From: a virus
Taxonomy: Duplodnaviria; Heunggongvirae; Uroviricota; Caudoviricetes
Strand: one strand, 5' to 3'
IMG/VR virus record: IMGVR_UViG_2563366990_000017
Location: 1 to 40,314 of that record
DNA length: 40,314 bases
Shown in pieces: positions 9,759 to 20,623 of this stretch. The first letter of the stretch is position 1; every line of letters begins with the position of its first letter. A model generated the notes under the pieces. That model saw nothing but the letters and a program-made list of their open reading frames with translations. It made no database searches and was not told the DNA's origin. The translations under genes and the position numbers were made by a program.

Positions 9759-10412
9759 TTAAAAAAGTGAACCAAGAAGACCGACGCCAGCACCAATTGC
9801 TGTACCCCAACCAGGCATGATTGCAGTACCTGCAGCTGCACCTGCTGCCGCTCCACCCAAGGCGCTCTGAAATCCTGATGGTTTATTCGCATTAGCCGCA
9901 GATGCTGCCGCCTGCTGTTGATACAGTTGGCTGACGTTGTTAGCGTAGTTCTGTCCGGCGTTTGCCTGACCTGTAAGAGCACCAAGGCCGATATTTGCCA
10001 GATTGTTGTAGTTGTTCATCTGACCTGACAGCCAGTTTTGACCGAGTGTAGGTGCGATTGCAGCTAACTGGTTTCCTGTTGCTGTAGAGCCTAATCCACC
10101 CGTTGCCTCTGCTGCTGCCAGACTCTGGTAACGCGCCTGCCCTGCAAGGTCTTTATACTGCTGAGAGTTGTAATACTGGTTAAGCGCCTGACCTTGCCCC
10201 TGAAGAGAGGAAAGATTCTGCAGCTGTGATACGTACTGCTGAGCGAGTGGCGTGAACGGTGCAAGGTTTTGCATGTTCGTCTGCCACATTTCACGCTGCA
10301 GTTCGATGCCCTTTTCAGTTGCGCGGGCCTGCTCTTTTGCTCCGCTATCACTGCCGCCTTTGCAGTACACAGCTTTGCTGAGGTGCTTATTGGCAATCTG
10401 GAAAATTAACAT
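9759..10412 (-). CDS. DNA ejection protein, gp7-like
   Basis: 217 aa, Q/A/G/N-rich low-complexity protein with a hydrophobic C-terminus. Position matches P22 gene 7. Confidence 0.65.
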   Translation of the reverse strand: MLIFQIANKHLSKAVYCKGGSDSGAKEQARATEKGIELQREMWQTNMQNLAPFTPLAQQYVSQLQNLSSLQGQGQALNQYYNSQQYKDLAGQARYQSLAAAEATGGLGSTATGNQLAAIAPTLGQNWLSGQMNNYNNLANIGLGALTGQANAGQNYANNVSQLYQQQAAASAANANKPSGFQSALGGAAAGAAAGTAIMPGWGTAIGAGVGLLGSLF

Positions 10413-10866
10413 TCTTTAGCTCCTCGTATTTTGAGCGCGGTAACTGATAAATCGTGATGCCTACAGGCTTTCCATTGCTGGTATAAGCATCATCAAGGTG
10501 ACCAACACGGGTAGCGCCAAGCAAACGGATAATTGCCCGTCCGTATTTGGTGGTGTCAGGAACCATGGTGATGCTGTTAAGGAATGGTGAGTTTTCGAGA
10601 AGCCATTTGCAGAATAATCGATGCCCTTGCAGTGCATATTCTCCACGGAATCCGGGGTCATACACCGCATGGCATTCAACAACGCTATGCCAGAAGTTAC
10701 GCACTTCATGAACTCCAGCCAGCACTAATCCTTCGTAGATGCCGAGATATACCGCATCAGGCTTGATGTAGTATTTATCTCCACTGTCTACGATATTTCC
10801 CGTGTTTGCCGGGTTGTTGAGGAATTCCGCAAGCTTCACCGGATTATCGATGAGCTTTATTTCCAT
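10387..10866 (-). CDS. gp14-like virion protein
   Basis: Start set to ATG at 10866, overlapping the gp26 stop (GTGATGGA). Called by position in the P22 order 26-14-7-20-16. Confidence 0.5.
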   Translation of the reverse strand: MEIKLIDNPVKLAEFLNNPANTGNIVDSGDKYYIKPDAVYLGIYEGLVLAGVHEVRNFWHSVVECHAVYDPGFRGEYALQGHRLFCKWLLENSPFLNSITMVPDTTKYGRAIIRLLGATRVGHLDDAYTSNGKPVGITIYQLPRSKYEELKNVNFPDCQ

Positions 10867-11714
10867 CACTGCTCCGCAATGATTTTGATGGTTGTGGCAG
10901 TAAACGCCGCACCATTTGACTGAATGGTTAACGTACTGCCATTTGTGGCAAGAAAGCCGTCTTTATCCACGCTGAAGAACGTAGCTAACAGAATGTTATC
11001 GGTTGTTGTCGCCGAGTTGCGACTGCTTACCAGTGTGTCAGGAACAGAGCCGGAAAAGGTTAGCTGCATTGACCTGTTGGCGGTTCCGCTGGGCCACGTC
11101 CCGACGATCGACAGCTTGAAGAACAAGGTTTTGTTCTCGTTGAACACAACCATCTTGTTGTTAACGGTGTCGAAGAATGGTGCCAACGTGCCGGATGACG
11201 GCATGAGCGTTTTCAGTAGGCTAACAAGGTTGGTCGGCGCTGTCGGGATGGTTACAGATACGCCAGAGTAAACAACCTCTGACTTCTTGCGAGTAGTGGC
11301 ATACTCCAGAGCATCGATGCGCGATTCATGGTCTGAAACCTGCGACTCCAGCGACTGAACTCTGGTATCAAGCGACGCAATATCGCTTTCATTCTGAGCG
11401 ATTCGCGTTTCATGTTCCTGAAGAGTTGATTCTGCCTGGCTGATTCTCTCCTCATGATTAACAAGCGTTGCTTCCGCAGCAGAAATTCGCTGCTCATGGT
11501 CAGCGAGAATCACATCCTGCTCATCGTTCCTGACTTGTGCGTCATAAGCGCCCTGTCCGGCTTCGTTGGCCTTGTTAGCCACGTTACCAACATCAGTGCC
11601 CTGTGCGATAACATAAAGCAGATACGACTGCGAGAAGATATTGCGTGGAAGAACTGATGTGTCGAGCCGCGTAGCCTGGATGATTACTGGCTCATTGAGA
11701 TTCGAATCAGCCAT
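10866..11714 (-). CDS. Tail needle, gp26-like, with C-terminal knob domain
   Basis: N-terminus [43 protein letters not shown]...[17 protein letters not shown] resembles P22 gp26, then heptad coiled-coil repeats and an extra ~100-aa C-terminal domain. Confidence 0.8.
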   Translation of the reverse strand: MADSNLNEPVIIQATRLDTSVLPRNIFSQSYLLYVIAQGTDVGNVANKANEAGQGAYDAQVRNDEQDVILADHEQRISAAEATLVNHEERISQAESTLQEHETRIAQNESDIASLDTRVQSLESQVSDHESRIDALEYATTRKKSEVVYSGVSVTIPTAPTNLVSLLKTLMPSSGTLAPFFDTVNNKMVVFNENKTLFFKLSIVGTWPSGTANRSMQLTFSGSVPDTLVSSRNSATTTDNILLATFFSVDKDGFLATNGSTLTIQSNGAAFTATTIKIIAEQ

Positions 11715-13132
11715 TACTCAATCCTTATCTGAGCGCCAGACAGAGTGACAGGTGACTTAGTGATAACGCGCAATTTGAAACCAATGTTTTTCCTGATGCG
11801 CCCTACTCGTTTCCACAAAACGCGTTTGTCGTAAACGAACGGTTCATTCTGCTCAATCATCTGCTCACGCCCATAATTTATGCCGTCAGTGGTTGCAGAG
11901 AGGAACAGGCGGTCGGCGTACTGAGCTACGCCAGTGGATGATTCCACCTCCAGATCGAAGCATCTGGCGTTATCCGCTTTGAACAGTGGAGTAAACAGCA
12001 GGTGTTCCTGTTGAAGCCCATACTGACTGCTGATATCGAACTGCAATTTCCCGGTCACCGATTCCAGCTTATCGCCGCACGTTATCTGATTTCCTTCGTA
12101 AATGAAGTCGATAGCGCGGTACACATCGTCATACAAGCCTGTTTTCAGCACACACCATTGCGGACCATTGGCGCTTGAAGATGCGTCGTAAACAAGAACA
12201 TGGCGCGGCAGGTGAATAATCAGCAACTCATGAGCATCAAACCGCAACGATTCCATCACGCCATCAGCCAGTTCATCAGCAGTGTAGGAGCGTAGTATTT
12301 TCTCAATGCTCGCGCTGGCGATTGGTGATACCTGACCAGAGCCGATGATATACACAGACGGCGCACCTGTTGCAGGGTTGCTGATGAACGCATAAGAATC
12401 AGCAAATGGTGTTTTGCAGTAAGTCCCGGCGATGCCTTTTTGCACCATCAGTGATGGCTGTGCGACATACAAAGCAGCACCAACGGTGGTTGCGCCAGTC
12501 AGGGAGAAATATTCAATCGTCGATGAACCAAAGCAGACGATGAAGTCTCGCCATGTTCCGATTCCGATGATGCCGTCAGGCTGAGACTCAGCACGATATT
12601 GTGCGCTGTAACGGTCAGGATGTGATTCGTCTTCAAGGTCAGTGATGAACCATGAATCAGTACCATCTTTTGACCACGCATAACGCCCACGTAAGCGAGT
12701 AATGTCGCGAACTGAACCTAACTCATACTGCGTGAATCCACTGTCTGTAGGCCAGTTTGAGACGGTTTTAACCGTGCCATCATAACGATACTCGACCAGT
12801 TGACCATTAACGCCTACAGCCTGTGATGTTCGACCATGCGCCATTGATACGCGACCACTTCCGGCGACATCACCGACTTCACTTTCTCCTTTGTAGAGCT
12901 TCCCACCACACACACGATAAACAGCATTCTGCGCCATGTTGTACTCGACGCCGCGCGATACACCGTTCACATCAGAGCGTTTGGCAATGCCCGGGAATGA
13001 GCGAAGATATCCGCTGCTGTTCAGGATTTCTTTGGGTGTAGCCAGCATATTCACTGGCAGATAGTCGATATAGTCGGCATTTCGGAAGTCTTTGCCGACA
13101 CCTTTCATGAGCGGAAGTTGCTGAATCGGCAT
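11714..13132 (-). CDS. Tail hub protein, gp10-like
   Basis: 472 aa, [49 protein letters not shown]... closely resembles P22 gp10 over its full length. Confidence 0.9.
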   Translation of the reverse strand: MPIQQLPLMKGVGKDFRNADYIDYLPVNMLATPKEILNSSGYLRSFPGIAKRSDVNGVSRGVEYNMAQNAVYRVCGGKLYKGESEVGDVAGSGRVSMAHGRTSQAVGVNGQLVEYRYDGTVKTVSNWPTDSGFTQYELGSVRDITRLRGRYAWSKDGTDSWFITDLEDESHPDRYSAQYRAESQPDGIIGIGTWRDFIVCFGSSTIEYFSLTGATTVGAALYVAQPSLMVQKGIAGTYCKTPFADSYAFISNPATGAPSVYIIGSGQVSPIASASIEKILRSYTADELADGVMESLRFDAHELLIIHLPRHVLVYDASSSANGPQWCVLKTGLYDDVYRAIDFIYEGNQITCGDKLESVTGKLQFDISSQYGLQQEHLLFTPLFKADNARCFDLEVESSTGVAQYADRLFLSATTDGINYGREQMIEQNEPFVYDKRVLWKRVGRIRKNIGFKLRVITKSPVTLSGAQIRIE

Positions 13133-13141
13133 TTATTCACC

Positions 13142-13603
13142 TCACGTACTCGGATCATCTTTCTCGATGTAAAACCGATTCCACGTAAACGCGCTTTTGT
13201 TACCACTACCGCGAGGCATGTCATTTCGCCGCTCAAGTGGTGGTATTTTGGTTAAAGCGATGCAGATTGTCTGATATGCACTGTCAGCAGCGGTAAGGAG
13301 AGCGTCTGACGGCTGAATGACGTTATCCATGCACACTTGCACAGCGAGCTTCAAAGCGACGCCATCATTTGCCCATGCAGGGATACCTGAATCATCGTCA
13401 GGTAACGGCATGATGCCGTTTTCTGTATCCGCAAACTGATATCCAAGCTCGATACCTTTCGCCTGCCATGCTGCCATCATGTCTTCGAGGTCATTAATGG
13501 CATCTTCAATTGCCTGAGGGTCGGCATCTGTCAACGTGGCATTGGAATACAGCCCGGCTTTTCGTAAAGCCTTAAGAACGAGATCACCCTTCGTTTTCGC
13601 CAT
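13142..13603 (-). CDS. Tail accessory / head completion protein, gp4-like
   Basis: 153 aa between coat-proximal genes and gp10. Called by synteny with P22 gene 4. Confidence 0.65.
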   Translation of the reverse strand: MAKTKGDLVLKALRKAGLYSNATLTDADPQAIEDAINDLEDMMAAWQAKGIELGYQFADTENGIMPLPDDDSGIPAWANDGVALKLAVQVCMDNVIQPSDALLTAADSAYQTICIALTKIPPLERRNDMPRGSGNKSAFTWNRFYIEKDDPST

Positions 13604-13772
13604 CTTCTTCCGCCTTAGCCACTTTTTGCTTCGTTGCGGTTTCTTCAGGAGTTTTTACCCAGCCTTTTTTCAGGTGAGATTTAACTTCTTCGTCATCAAC
13701 AATGATGTAATCGACAGCAAACTGACCACAGGTGATCATGTTGCCCGGCTTATAGAGCATTGTTCGTGCCAT
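13584..13772 (-). CDS. Small hypothetical protein (62 aa)
   Basis: Start set to ATG at 13772 with a GGGAGA RBS; the ORF-track start is TTG. Lies between coat and gp4. Confidence 0.4.
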   Translation of the reverse strand: MARTMLYKPGNMITCGQFAVDYIIVDDEEVKSHLKKGWVKTPEETATKQKVAKAEEDGENEG

Positions 13773-13813
13773 TGTCTTCTCCCAATAAAAATGGGGCCGA
13801 AGCCCCACCAAAA

Positions 13814-15067
13814 TTACTGCCCGGCAATAACGATGCCCGTATATTCAGGAACAAGTACAGAGCAACCGTACAGGGTGGTGAAACGCGCAGTGGTTACACC
13901 TTTGATGTGGTCGAAGGCGTAAGACATGATCAGCGTAGCGCCCTGCTCGGTGGTTGCTGTCATTACTTGTGGACCCTGACCAGTTGGGAACGCCAGCTTG
14001 CCGTACATCAGTTCAACAGAACCATCAGCCCAGAACAGGTTAGCCGGTGCGGCATTTTTGTTGAGAATGGTGATTGCTGCGCTACTTGCCGCATTAGCAT
14101 CAACGTTTGCATATGGTCGGCTGGCGACATCCGCGTTGTCAGGCGGCAGAATTTTCGGGGAGATAGTTACTGTCGTTCCGCTTACTGCCAGAACGCGGAA
14201 TACCTGCGGCTGCCCGGTGGTATCTTTGGTGATCTGGTGTACAGAATTCACCCCTGCGATGGTAAACGCATCGCCAACCTGCAAACCTTCAGCAGATACC
14301 GTAATGGTCCCCTGCCGGTTATCCACTGGCATATCGTTAGCATCTTTCGCTTCAACCTTGTGCGCAGGTGCTGCTGCCAGCGTAATGGAAGTTGCTGTAC
14401 CCTTCGGAACACGACCAGAAATATCGGTCTTGTAGCTATCGAAGGACGCAACCGGAGGGATTTGCGCTTTTTCGTATGCTGTCAGGGTTGCGCCCTGAGC
14501 ATAGGCACGGTGACCAAGCTCGCCAGCAAGGTCTTTGTAGTTGAAGGGGTTCCAGAAAGAGCGACGGTTGATACCCTGAGGTACACCAATCGCCGTCATG
14601 GTGGCATCAATACCTGCCGCACAGTTCCACAAATCACGGCCCTGTGACCCTGTGGTTGAGTCAGCCATCGTGATCACGTTAGTAGCACGCTGCGTAACCA
14701 TGGAAATCAGGTCAGAGTCAATCTGTGCAGCAAGGCGCATACCTGCGGCGCGACCAGCTTCAGTTTTATGTTCCGGGTCACGCATTTCACGCGCATCCAG
14801 AGTGTACAGAATGTTTTTCGGCTCCTTGAACACAGAAGGAACAAGGCGCTGAACCAGTGCTGTTGGCGTTTTGCCGCTGAGGTCTAGGCCTTCCTCAATG
14901 TTCATGTGGTAATGCTGCGGACGATACAGAACATCACCTGCTCGCTGCATTGCTGTATCACCGGGACGGAATTTTTTAGCGTTACGGGAAACTACGCAGG
15001 CGGCCTCAAAGCCTTCAACGTAGTTTTCGAACATGATTTCAAGGTCTTTTGCTAATTGGTTAGCCAT
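13814..15067 (-). CDS. Major capsid (coat) protein, gp5-like
   Basis: 417 aa, follows scaffold and portal in the P22-type order. HK97-fold-sized product. The 295-aa ORF on the opposite strand is treated as a shadow ORF. Confidence 0.8.
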   Translation of the reverse strand: MANQLAKDLEIMFENYVEGFEAACVVSRNAKKFRPGDTAMQRAGDVLYRPQHYHMNIEEGLDLSGKTPTALVQRLVPSVFKEPKNILYTLDAREMRDPEHKTEAGRAAGMRLAAQIDSDLISMVTQRATNVITMADSTTGSQGRDLWNCAAGIDATMTAIGVPQGINRRSFWNPFNYKDLAGELGHRAYAQGATLTAYEKAQIPPVASFDSYKTDISGRVPKGTATSITLAAAPAHKVEAKDANDMPVDNRQGTITVSAEGLQVGDAFTIAGVNSVHQITKDTTGQPQVFRVLAVSGTTVTISPKILPPDNADVASRPYANVDANAASSAAITILNKNAAPANLFWADGSVELMYGKLAFPTGQGPQVMTATTEQGATLIMSYAFDHIKGVTTARFTTLYGCSVLVPEYTGIVIAGQ

Positions 15068-15085
15068 GCTTAATGCTCCGATAGG

Positions 15086-15979
15086 TTATTTTTTTGCCTT
15101 TTTAGCGGCGAAATACGGCGTCCAGTCACCAGTTTCCAGCGCCTTGGCTTTCAGTTTGTCGAGGTTGTTGATTACTGCGCCGTTGCTCCCCTTAACTGTC
15201 GGGGTTGTGGCTGCCGTGGTTTTTGCTTTTGGCATGATTCTGGCCTTCGATTCGATACGTTCCAGCAGACGACCAATTGCTACGGGGTTGGTAGCTTCTG
15301 CCAGTTGCTTGCGCAGTTCAGCGTTGCGACCGAGTGCCAGAACAACGATTTCCGGCTTCTCTGACTCAAACAAGATCGCGTTTTGTGTCTCGATGGGGAT
15401 TTCCTCGAGTACGGCCTGCTCAGCTTCCTGATAGCCAGGAACTTTGAGAGCCTTAACACGTTGCTGATATTTGGATAATCGCTCTTGATAAGCAGCCTGA
15501 AGCTCCTGCTCCTTCTGCTTGCGAGCCATCTCCTGTTGCTGGTACTTTCCGTTATCCTCTGCCCACTTAGCCATGCGTTGCTGATAGATTTCTTCATCGA
15601 AACCGATGTCCTCATCATCCAGTTTTGGCATTCGCGGTGGTTGAGTGATTACCGGCTGCTGCTCGACGGGTTTCTGAGACTGACGCATCAGCTCTTTCAG
15701 CTCGCGGTCTTTCTCTTTAATCGTCTTGCGCAGGTGTTTTACCAGTCCATGCTCTGCGCTATCTTCGCTGGTTGGCGAATCCAGCTTTTCGTCACCAAAG
15801 TAGAATTCCTGTTCTGATTCGTCGTCATCAGTTTCAGTAGCTTCCTCTGCATCATTGCCAGAGGACTCACCGCCATCTTCTGTTTCGACTTCTTCAGCCA
15901 GTTCGACATCATCAGGAATCTGCTCTGACGCGTCGGTTTCGATTTCAACTTCTGGTGTGTTTTCTGCCATCTGGTCCAT
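15086..15979 (-). CDS. Scaffolding protein, gp8-like
   Basis: 297 aa, highly acidic N-terminus, long charged coiled-coil segments and a basic C-terminal tail (KAKK). Lies between portal and coat. Confidence 0.7.
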   Translation of the reverse strand: MDQMAENTPEVEIETDASEQIPDDVELAEEVETEDGGESSGNDAEEATETDDDESEQEFYFGDEKLDSPTSEDSAEHGLVKHLRKTIKEKDRELKELMRQSQKPVEQQPVITQPPRMPKLDDEDIGFDEEIYQQRMAKWAEDNGKYQQQEMARKQKEQELQAAYQERLSKYQQRVKALKVPGYQEAEQAVLEEIPIETQNAILFESEKPEIVVLALGRNAELRKQLAEATNPVAIGRLLERIESKARIMPKAKTTAATTPTVKGSNGAVINNLDKLKAKALETGDWTPYFAAKKAKK

Positions 15980-16069
15980 TTGTTACCCCTGTTTACTCGA
16001 TGTTCAGCCCATCGGAAGGCAATAGGGTGCCAGGCCTCATAAAGACAGCCATTGCACGTTATGGGTTAA

Positions 16070-18268
16070 TTACTGCTGTGGTTGTTGCTGAGTTGATTTT
16101 TGCAGGATGCTGCTGATGTCCATGCGCTGCGCATGGCCCTGTGCCTGACTTTTCAGGACAAGCTCTGCATCAGCACGGGCATTGTCTCCTTGCTGTTGCT
16201 GGAACTGTCCGAGCAGTTTCAGAGCCTCGCGGATATCAGATTTCTGCTGGCTATCGGCAGATGCGAGGATTTTCACAACATTTGCCGCTGCAACCTGAGC
16301 ATCAGTCTGTGCCTGGAATGCTTTAACCTGAATGGCTGCCTGTTCGTTCTGCGCTTTCTGCAATTCAGCCTGACCAGCAAGAAGCTGACCTTGCGCAGCA
16401 ACCATAGCAGGATCTGGCTGACTGGCCTGTTGTTGTTTCGCCTGCTCAACCATCTGCTGTTCTTCTGGCGTTCTCGGCTTGATAACTCCAGACAGAAGCA
16501 ACTGATTGCGGTTGTATTCTTTAAGGTCGTCCATCCCTTCGCCGTCCATATTGTCGAGAATCATCGACGATACAAGGTCGTGCTTCGGCGTTCCTGGTGG
16601 GATAAGTGCCAGCATGGAAAGTAACGACTTAACCGTTGCATCACGGCGAGTAGCGAACGACTGGCCGACATCGACAGTCACTTCATAGTTACCCTGCGAA
16701 AGGTCGTTAAGCGCGATAACCTGCCCTGTCTGACGGTCAACCACTTCACCAGTCATCAGCGCCACGTCATCGCTGCCATCCTCATTAACGATGCGCATTG
16801 GCGTATCGCTGCCATAGACTTCACGAGCCATAGAAAGCCACACGACGCCAGCACGGCGCATGGATTTAGCCATGTTGTCCATGTAGATATAGGACTGCGT
16901 GTCCATCCGGTTAAAGATGCTATCAACGGTATCGGTAGCGACGTTGCTCGGCATGTTCTCAAGCTGCGACGCACCTGTAATTTGCTGAATAGCCGTCCCG
17001 GTGTACTGCAATAGCCCGGCAAGAGCAGGAGGCATTTGTGTCGGAGGTGTCCAGCCAGCAACCTGAGCCTCTGAAATGACCGTTCCGTTTTTGTCCTTCT
17101 TGCTGGTCATGGGAAGAACTGCAGGTCTTTTCTTATTCCTCTCTGCCCAGTGATTCATTAATGGACCGGGAATGAAATCAACATCCACGATAGGAATGCC
17201 ATCACCGCCAGCCTGAGTAGCGTTATCTGCAATCATGGAAACCATCAGGTTCTCAAGACGCTGTGCATCCATCGCTTTTGCTGCGTGGCCTTCGATTCGC
17301 TCCTGATTATCAACAAATGAACGACGCCCATATACCGGGATGAGAGGAATATGTTCGCCCGGAATACGCTTAGGTTCTTCCAGCCATTCAGCGCCAGACA
17401 GAAGACCGCAATAAACTCGGCGTTTCTTCACCGTTCGCTCGCCAATCAGTTCGAATGCACCATCGGTCAGCTCGTCGACAATATCTTTGATTTGCTCTTC
17501 ATCATAGATTGCCGTTTCTCCGCTGACAGGGTTACGCCATGCTGCGAGCTTCACCTTCTCTATGCGGACTTCGTAGTAACGTCCAACATAGATAGCGTCA
17601 GGCGTTGACCAGTCATACTGAGTACCAGTGTCATCACGAGAAAGACTTGCCGCGATGGAATCAGGGTATTCAGCCTCGAACGCTTTAGGCGTCATGGAGA
17701 ACATTTCCATAGCCCACATAGCATCAGAGCGGTCATATTGCTTGCTGTCCTGATCGAAGAATACGCATGTCGCTGGGTCGTAAACAGGAAGAAGGCTGAT
17801 GCGGCGCTGCTCGTTACTCGGATCCATTTCATCTTCGTAATCGGCACACATGCGGAAACAACCGAATCCGCCCGTTACAGCATCATCAAATGCGTTATCA
17901 CACGCTTCGCCACCGGATGTTTCCTGATAGTCAGCGCGGAATTTGCCGTTCATTTTTTCGGCTAACGCTTCCGATGCCTTGTCATCCTTCGGCCTGAATT
18001 TAACGCTGATGCGATTCTGTCGATACTCGCCAATGATGCGATCACATTCACGGGCAATCTTATTCAGTTCAAAACGCGGATAATGCTCAAACCTGCCTTC
18101 ATCAAATGAGTAACCAGCGTTTGTGCTGCCTTCCCACTGTGCGCCGGACACCCGGACGAAACGCTGAGCCTCAATAATCTGCTCACGCATATCCTGCGTT
18201 GCTGACCAGGCATTATCAAAGTTGCACAGCACCTTGCGATGCCAGTCAGTCATCTTTTTTTCTGCCAT
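16070..18268 (-). CDS. Portal protein, gp1-like
   Basis: 732 aa. C-terminal region EQQMVEQAKQQQASQPDPAMVAAQGQLLAGQAELQKAQNEQ resembles the P22 portal barrel region. Immediately downstream of TerL. Confidence 0.9.
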   Translation of the reverse strand: MAEKKMTDWHRKVLCNFDNAWSATQDMREQIIEAQRFVRVSGAQWEGSTNAGYSFDEGRFEHYPRFELNKIARECDRIIGEYRQNRISVKFRPKDDKASEALAEKMNGKFRADYQETSGGEACDNAFDDAVTGGFGCFRMCADYEDEMDPSNEQRRISLLPVYDPATCVFFDQDSKQYDRSDAMWAMEMFSMTPKAFEAEYPDSIAASLSRDDTGTQYDWSTPDAIYVGRYYEVRIEKVKLAAWRNPVSGETAIYDEEQIKDIVDELTDGAFELIGERTVKKRRVYCGLLSGAEWLEEPKRIPGEHIPLIPVYGRRSFVDNQERIEGHAAKAMDAQRLENLMVSMIADNATQAGGDGIPIVDVDFIPGPLMNHWAERNKKRPAVLPMTSKKDKNGTVISEAQVAGWTPPTQMPPALAGLLQYTGTAIQQITGASQLENMPSNVATDTVDSIFNRMDTQSYIYMDNMAKSMRRAGVVWLSMAREVYGSDTPMRIVNEDGSDDVALMTGEVVDRQTGQVIALNDLSQGNYEVTVDVGQSFATRRDATVKSLLSMLALIPPGTPKHDLVSSMILDNMDGEGMDDLKEYNRNQLLLSGVIKPRTPEEQQMVEQAKQQQASQPDPAMVAAQGQLLAGQAELQKAQNEQAAIQVKAFQAQTDAQVAAANVVKILASADSQQKSDIREALKLLGQFQQQQGDNARADAELVLKSQAQGHAQRMDISSILQKSTQQQPQQ

Positions 18269-18269
18269 A

Positions 18270-19685
18270 TCAACCTACACCACAAGGAATTGAGTAACTG
18301 GAATAGTCGGGTTGCGCAGCCGACTCCGGGCAATGCATACACATCATCAGCGCATCAGCCAGGTTAGGAGATGGAATACCGAGCTTCTGCTTCATTTCGA
18401 CCTTAGTCATAAGCTCCAGCTTCCCGTTGTTATTGAATTTGCGCTGAATCTGCGTCAGTTCTGCAAACAGCTTCTCCAGCATCTTCTCGCCTATCGCTTC
18501 TTTGTCGAAACTCAGCATGTCGTCAGGATCTGCATACTCCCCATGGACAACCGCCCGATATGTCAGATACAGCCTGTCAGCCAGTGCGTAATAGAATTGC
18601 GCTCGCTTATTGCGGAACACATCGCCAATAGTGCGAACGTTGTCACCCTGTACGACTTCATCAGCCCATGCCCCGGCCTGATAAGGCGCATCTTCATCGA
18701 ATGGCGATTCGCTGCCCTTGAACATCGTGGCGGTTATTTTCTTGCCGGAGAACGCTTCCGTTGTCTGTCTGCGTAGCCCGGCACCAACACCATCACCATC
18801 CCACAGGTAGTGGTCAGCGCCGTCTTCAATCGCCAGCGAAGTAGCCCAGTCAGCACCCTCGTTGATGTCCATCAGCAGACCTTCGGCAATGCGCTTAACT
18901 ACCGAACCGTGACGCGATGCATAACCTTTAGCATCTGGCCCTGTATCTGATGGGTCATGTGCAGAAACAACCGCGCCTTTCGCTTTCCATCCGAGTTTCT
19001 TGTGCGCATCGGTTTCGGCTTCAAGCCATTCACATTTGATGATTGCCATATCACTTGCGCTTACTGGCTCACCAAGCCAGATGTGACGATACAGTGTCGG
19101 GTTTCTGCGTTTACACTCTTCCATCTCCAGACGGAGAACTTCAGGAAAGTGCGGATTGTCGGTGTAGTTGACCGTCAGCAGGCAAATATCATCGGGAGGA
19201 TTTACGACGAATCGCTGATAGGTATCGTCGAGGATGTTTTTCGGGTTGAAGCTCACCCATATTTCAGAGAACGGCTTACGGATGGTTGGGATCAGAATAT
19301 CCCACGATTCCTTTGTTACCGCTTCCGCTTCTTCCACCCAGCAGATATCAATGCCTTCGAGCGATTTAATCTTCGTAGGGTTGTTTTTTATGCCGTAGAA
19401 CATGAATTCAGCATTCGTTCCGAGATGACGAATCATTGAACGCTGAATTTCAAACTCAGCCGAATACCCTTCCCGCTCTATGGTGTCTTCAAGCAACCGG
19501 ATTACCGAATCGCTGATACTGTTTTGCAGTTCACGAGCGCAGAGAATACGCACCGGCTGCCGACGCGCCGCTTCAACAAGCAGTCTCGCAATTGCCCATG
19601 ACTTACCGCTACCTCGACCGCCTTTGGCGACTTTATAGCGATGCGCCTCAATGAACGGTTCAAAGATAGGATTAATCGAGGTCAT
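18270..19685 (-). CDS. Terminase large subunit
   Basis: 471 aa, Walker A KGGRGSGKSW near the N-terminus. Recalled near-identity to Sf6-type TerL. ATG overlaps the TerS stop (ATGA). Confidence 0.9.
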   Translation of the reverse strand: MTSINPIFEPFIEAHRYKVAKGGRGSGKSWAIARLLVEAARRQPVRILCARELQNSISDSVIRLLEDTIEREGYSAEFEIQRSMIRHLGTNAEFMFYGIKNNPTKIKSLEGIDICWVEEAEAVTKESWDILIPTIRKPFSEIWVSFNPKNILDDTYQRFVVNPPDDICLLTVNYTDNPHFPEVLRLEMEECKRRNPTLYRHIWLGEPVSASDMAIIKCEWLEAETDAHKKLGWKAKGAVVSAHDPSDTGPDAKGYASRHGSVVKRIAEGLLMDINEGADWATSLAIEDGADHYLWDGDGVGAGLRRQTTEAFSGKKITATMFKGSESPFDEDAPYQAGAWADEVVQGDNVRTIGDVFRNKRAQFYYALADRLYLTYRAVVHGEYADPDDMLSFDKEAIGEKMLEKLFAELTQIQRKFNNNGKLELMTKVEMKQKLGIPSPNLADALMMCMHCPESAAQPDYSSYSIPCGVG

Positions 19686-20122
19686 TTCCCAAATAGAGTG
19701 CTCATCGGTGATGTTTCAATCTGGATTGCGCCGCCGTCTTTGCCTGTTAGCTCGTGATCAACCTTGTCGCGCCATTTATCCTTCTGTCGGTTCTTAAGCC
19801 AGAAAATGGCAGCTGTTGTATCCGGCGGGTAATACTTCTCAAGCGGAGTTTCGACAATTCTGTTTTCAATAACACGAATATCAATGTCTGGGGCCACGAA
19901 GCCCATAGCGCGTTGATAAAGACGGTCACTAACTTCTGCATCAGCGACGGCCTTACCCTTTTTTATGGACTCCGAAAACTCAGGATAATCAAGCTTCCAC
20001 TTGTTAATAGTTGACTCACTGACTTCGAAGAAATCAGCAAGCTCTGCATCGGTGTAGCCCAGCAAGCACAGTTTGCGTGCCTGTTCGGCGTACGCCTCTT
20101 GATACTTTGTTGGGCGCGCCAT
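19682..20122 (-). CDS. Terminase small subunit
   Basis: 146 aa. C-terminus ELTGKDGGAIQIETSPMSTLFGK resembles Sf6 gp1; N-terminal helix-turn-helix-like region differs. Confidence 0.8.
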   Translation of the reverse strand: MARPTKYQEAYAEQARKLCLLGYTDAELADFFEVSESTINKWKLDYPEFSESIKKGKAVADAEVSDRLYQRAMGFVAPDIDIRVIENRIVETPLEKYYPPDTTAAIFWLKNRQKDKWRDKVDHELTGKDGGAIQIETSPMSTLFGK

Positions 20123-20124
20123 GT

Positions 20125-20367
20125 TTATGCTCCGGTAGTGAACAGGTCTAACGCTTCCTTCGATTTACGCACCGCTTCGATAGTGCGGGTCGTGGTATCT
20201 GAATTAGCGCCGCCTGACTGGAAGTGAATTTTGAATAGCTCAAGCTTCAGTTCGTCAGTGCCAATGAACTGAAATGCTTCCTCTGCGGCTGCGTTCTGGT
20301 TCATGACCAGTTTGTAAATCTCTATCTGGAATTTCTGTTCTTCAGTCATGGGGGTAATCTCTGCCAT
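20125..20367 (-). CDS. Hypothetical protein (80 aa)
   Basis: ATG at 20367 with a GGAG RBS 7 nt upstream. Directly upstream of TerS. Confidence 0.5.
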   Translation of the reverse strand: MAEITPMTEEQKFQIEIYKLVMNQNAAAEEAFQFIGTDELKLELFKIHFQSGGANSDTTTRTIEAVRKSKEALDLFTTGA

Positions 20368-20623
20368 TGTTGGCTCCGTTTATCCGTTAAAAGGGATATC
20401 AGTTAAGTTATCCCGTGTAAGGTATAAGCCATTGTCGAGACCACTCATTGAATGGTCTCTGCAATAACCGATGTCTTTCCATCAGTCCGCCACCACAAAG
20501 AATCTTTTTTGCCATAAGGCTGGAGGTTCATCTTTCAGTGGCTGCCAGTGTTATTTCCCCACTTTCTGGCTTGGGTTGCTTCGTGGTACTGCCGTAATGT
20601 ACAAACTGGATTAACCTGCGAAA

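Noticed and set aside
13760-14647. 295-aa ORF on the plus strand, opposite the coat gene
   Set aside because: Lies entirely antisense within the coat protein gene, has no RBS, and its Cys/Arg-rich composition is typical of a shadow frame in GC-rich coding DNA. The same reasoning applies to 16100-16624, 18312-18776, 18957-19439, 13998-14435 and the other antisense ORFs inside the portal, terminase and ejection genes.
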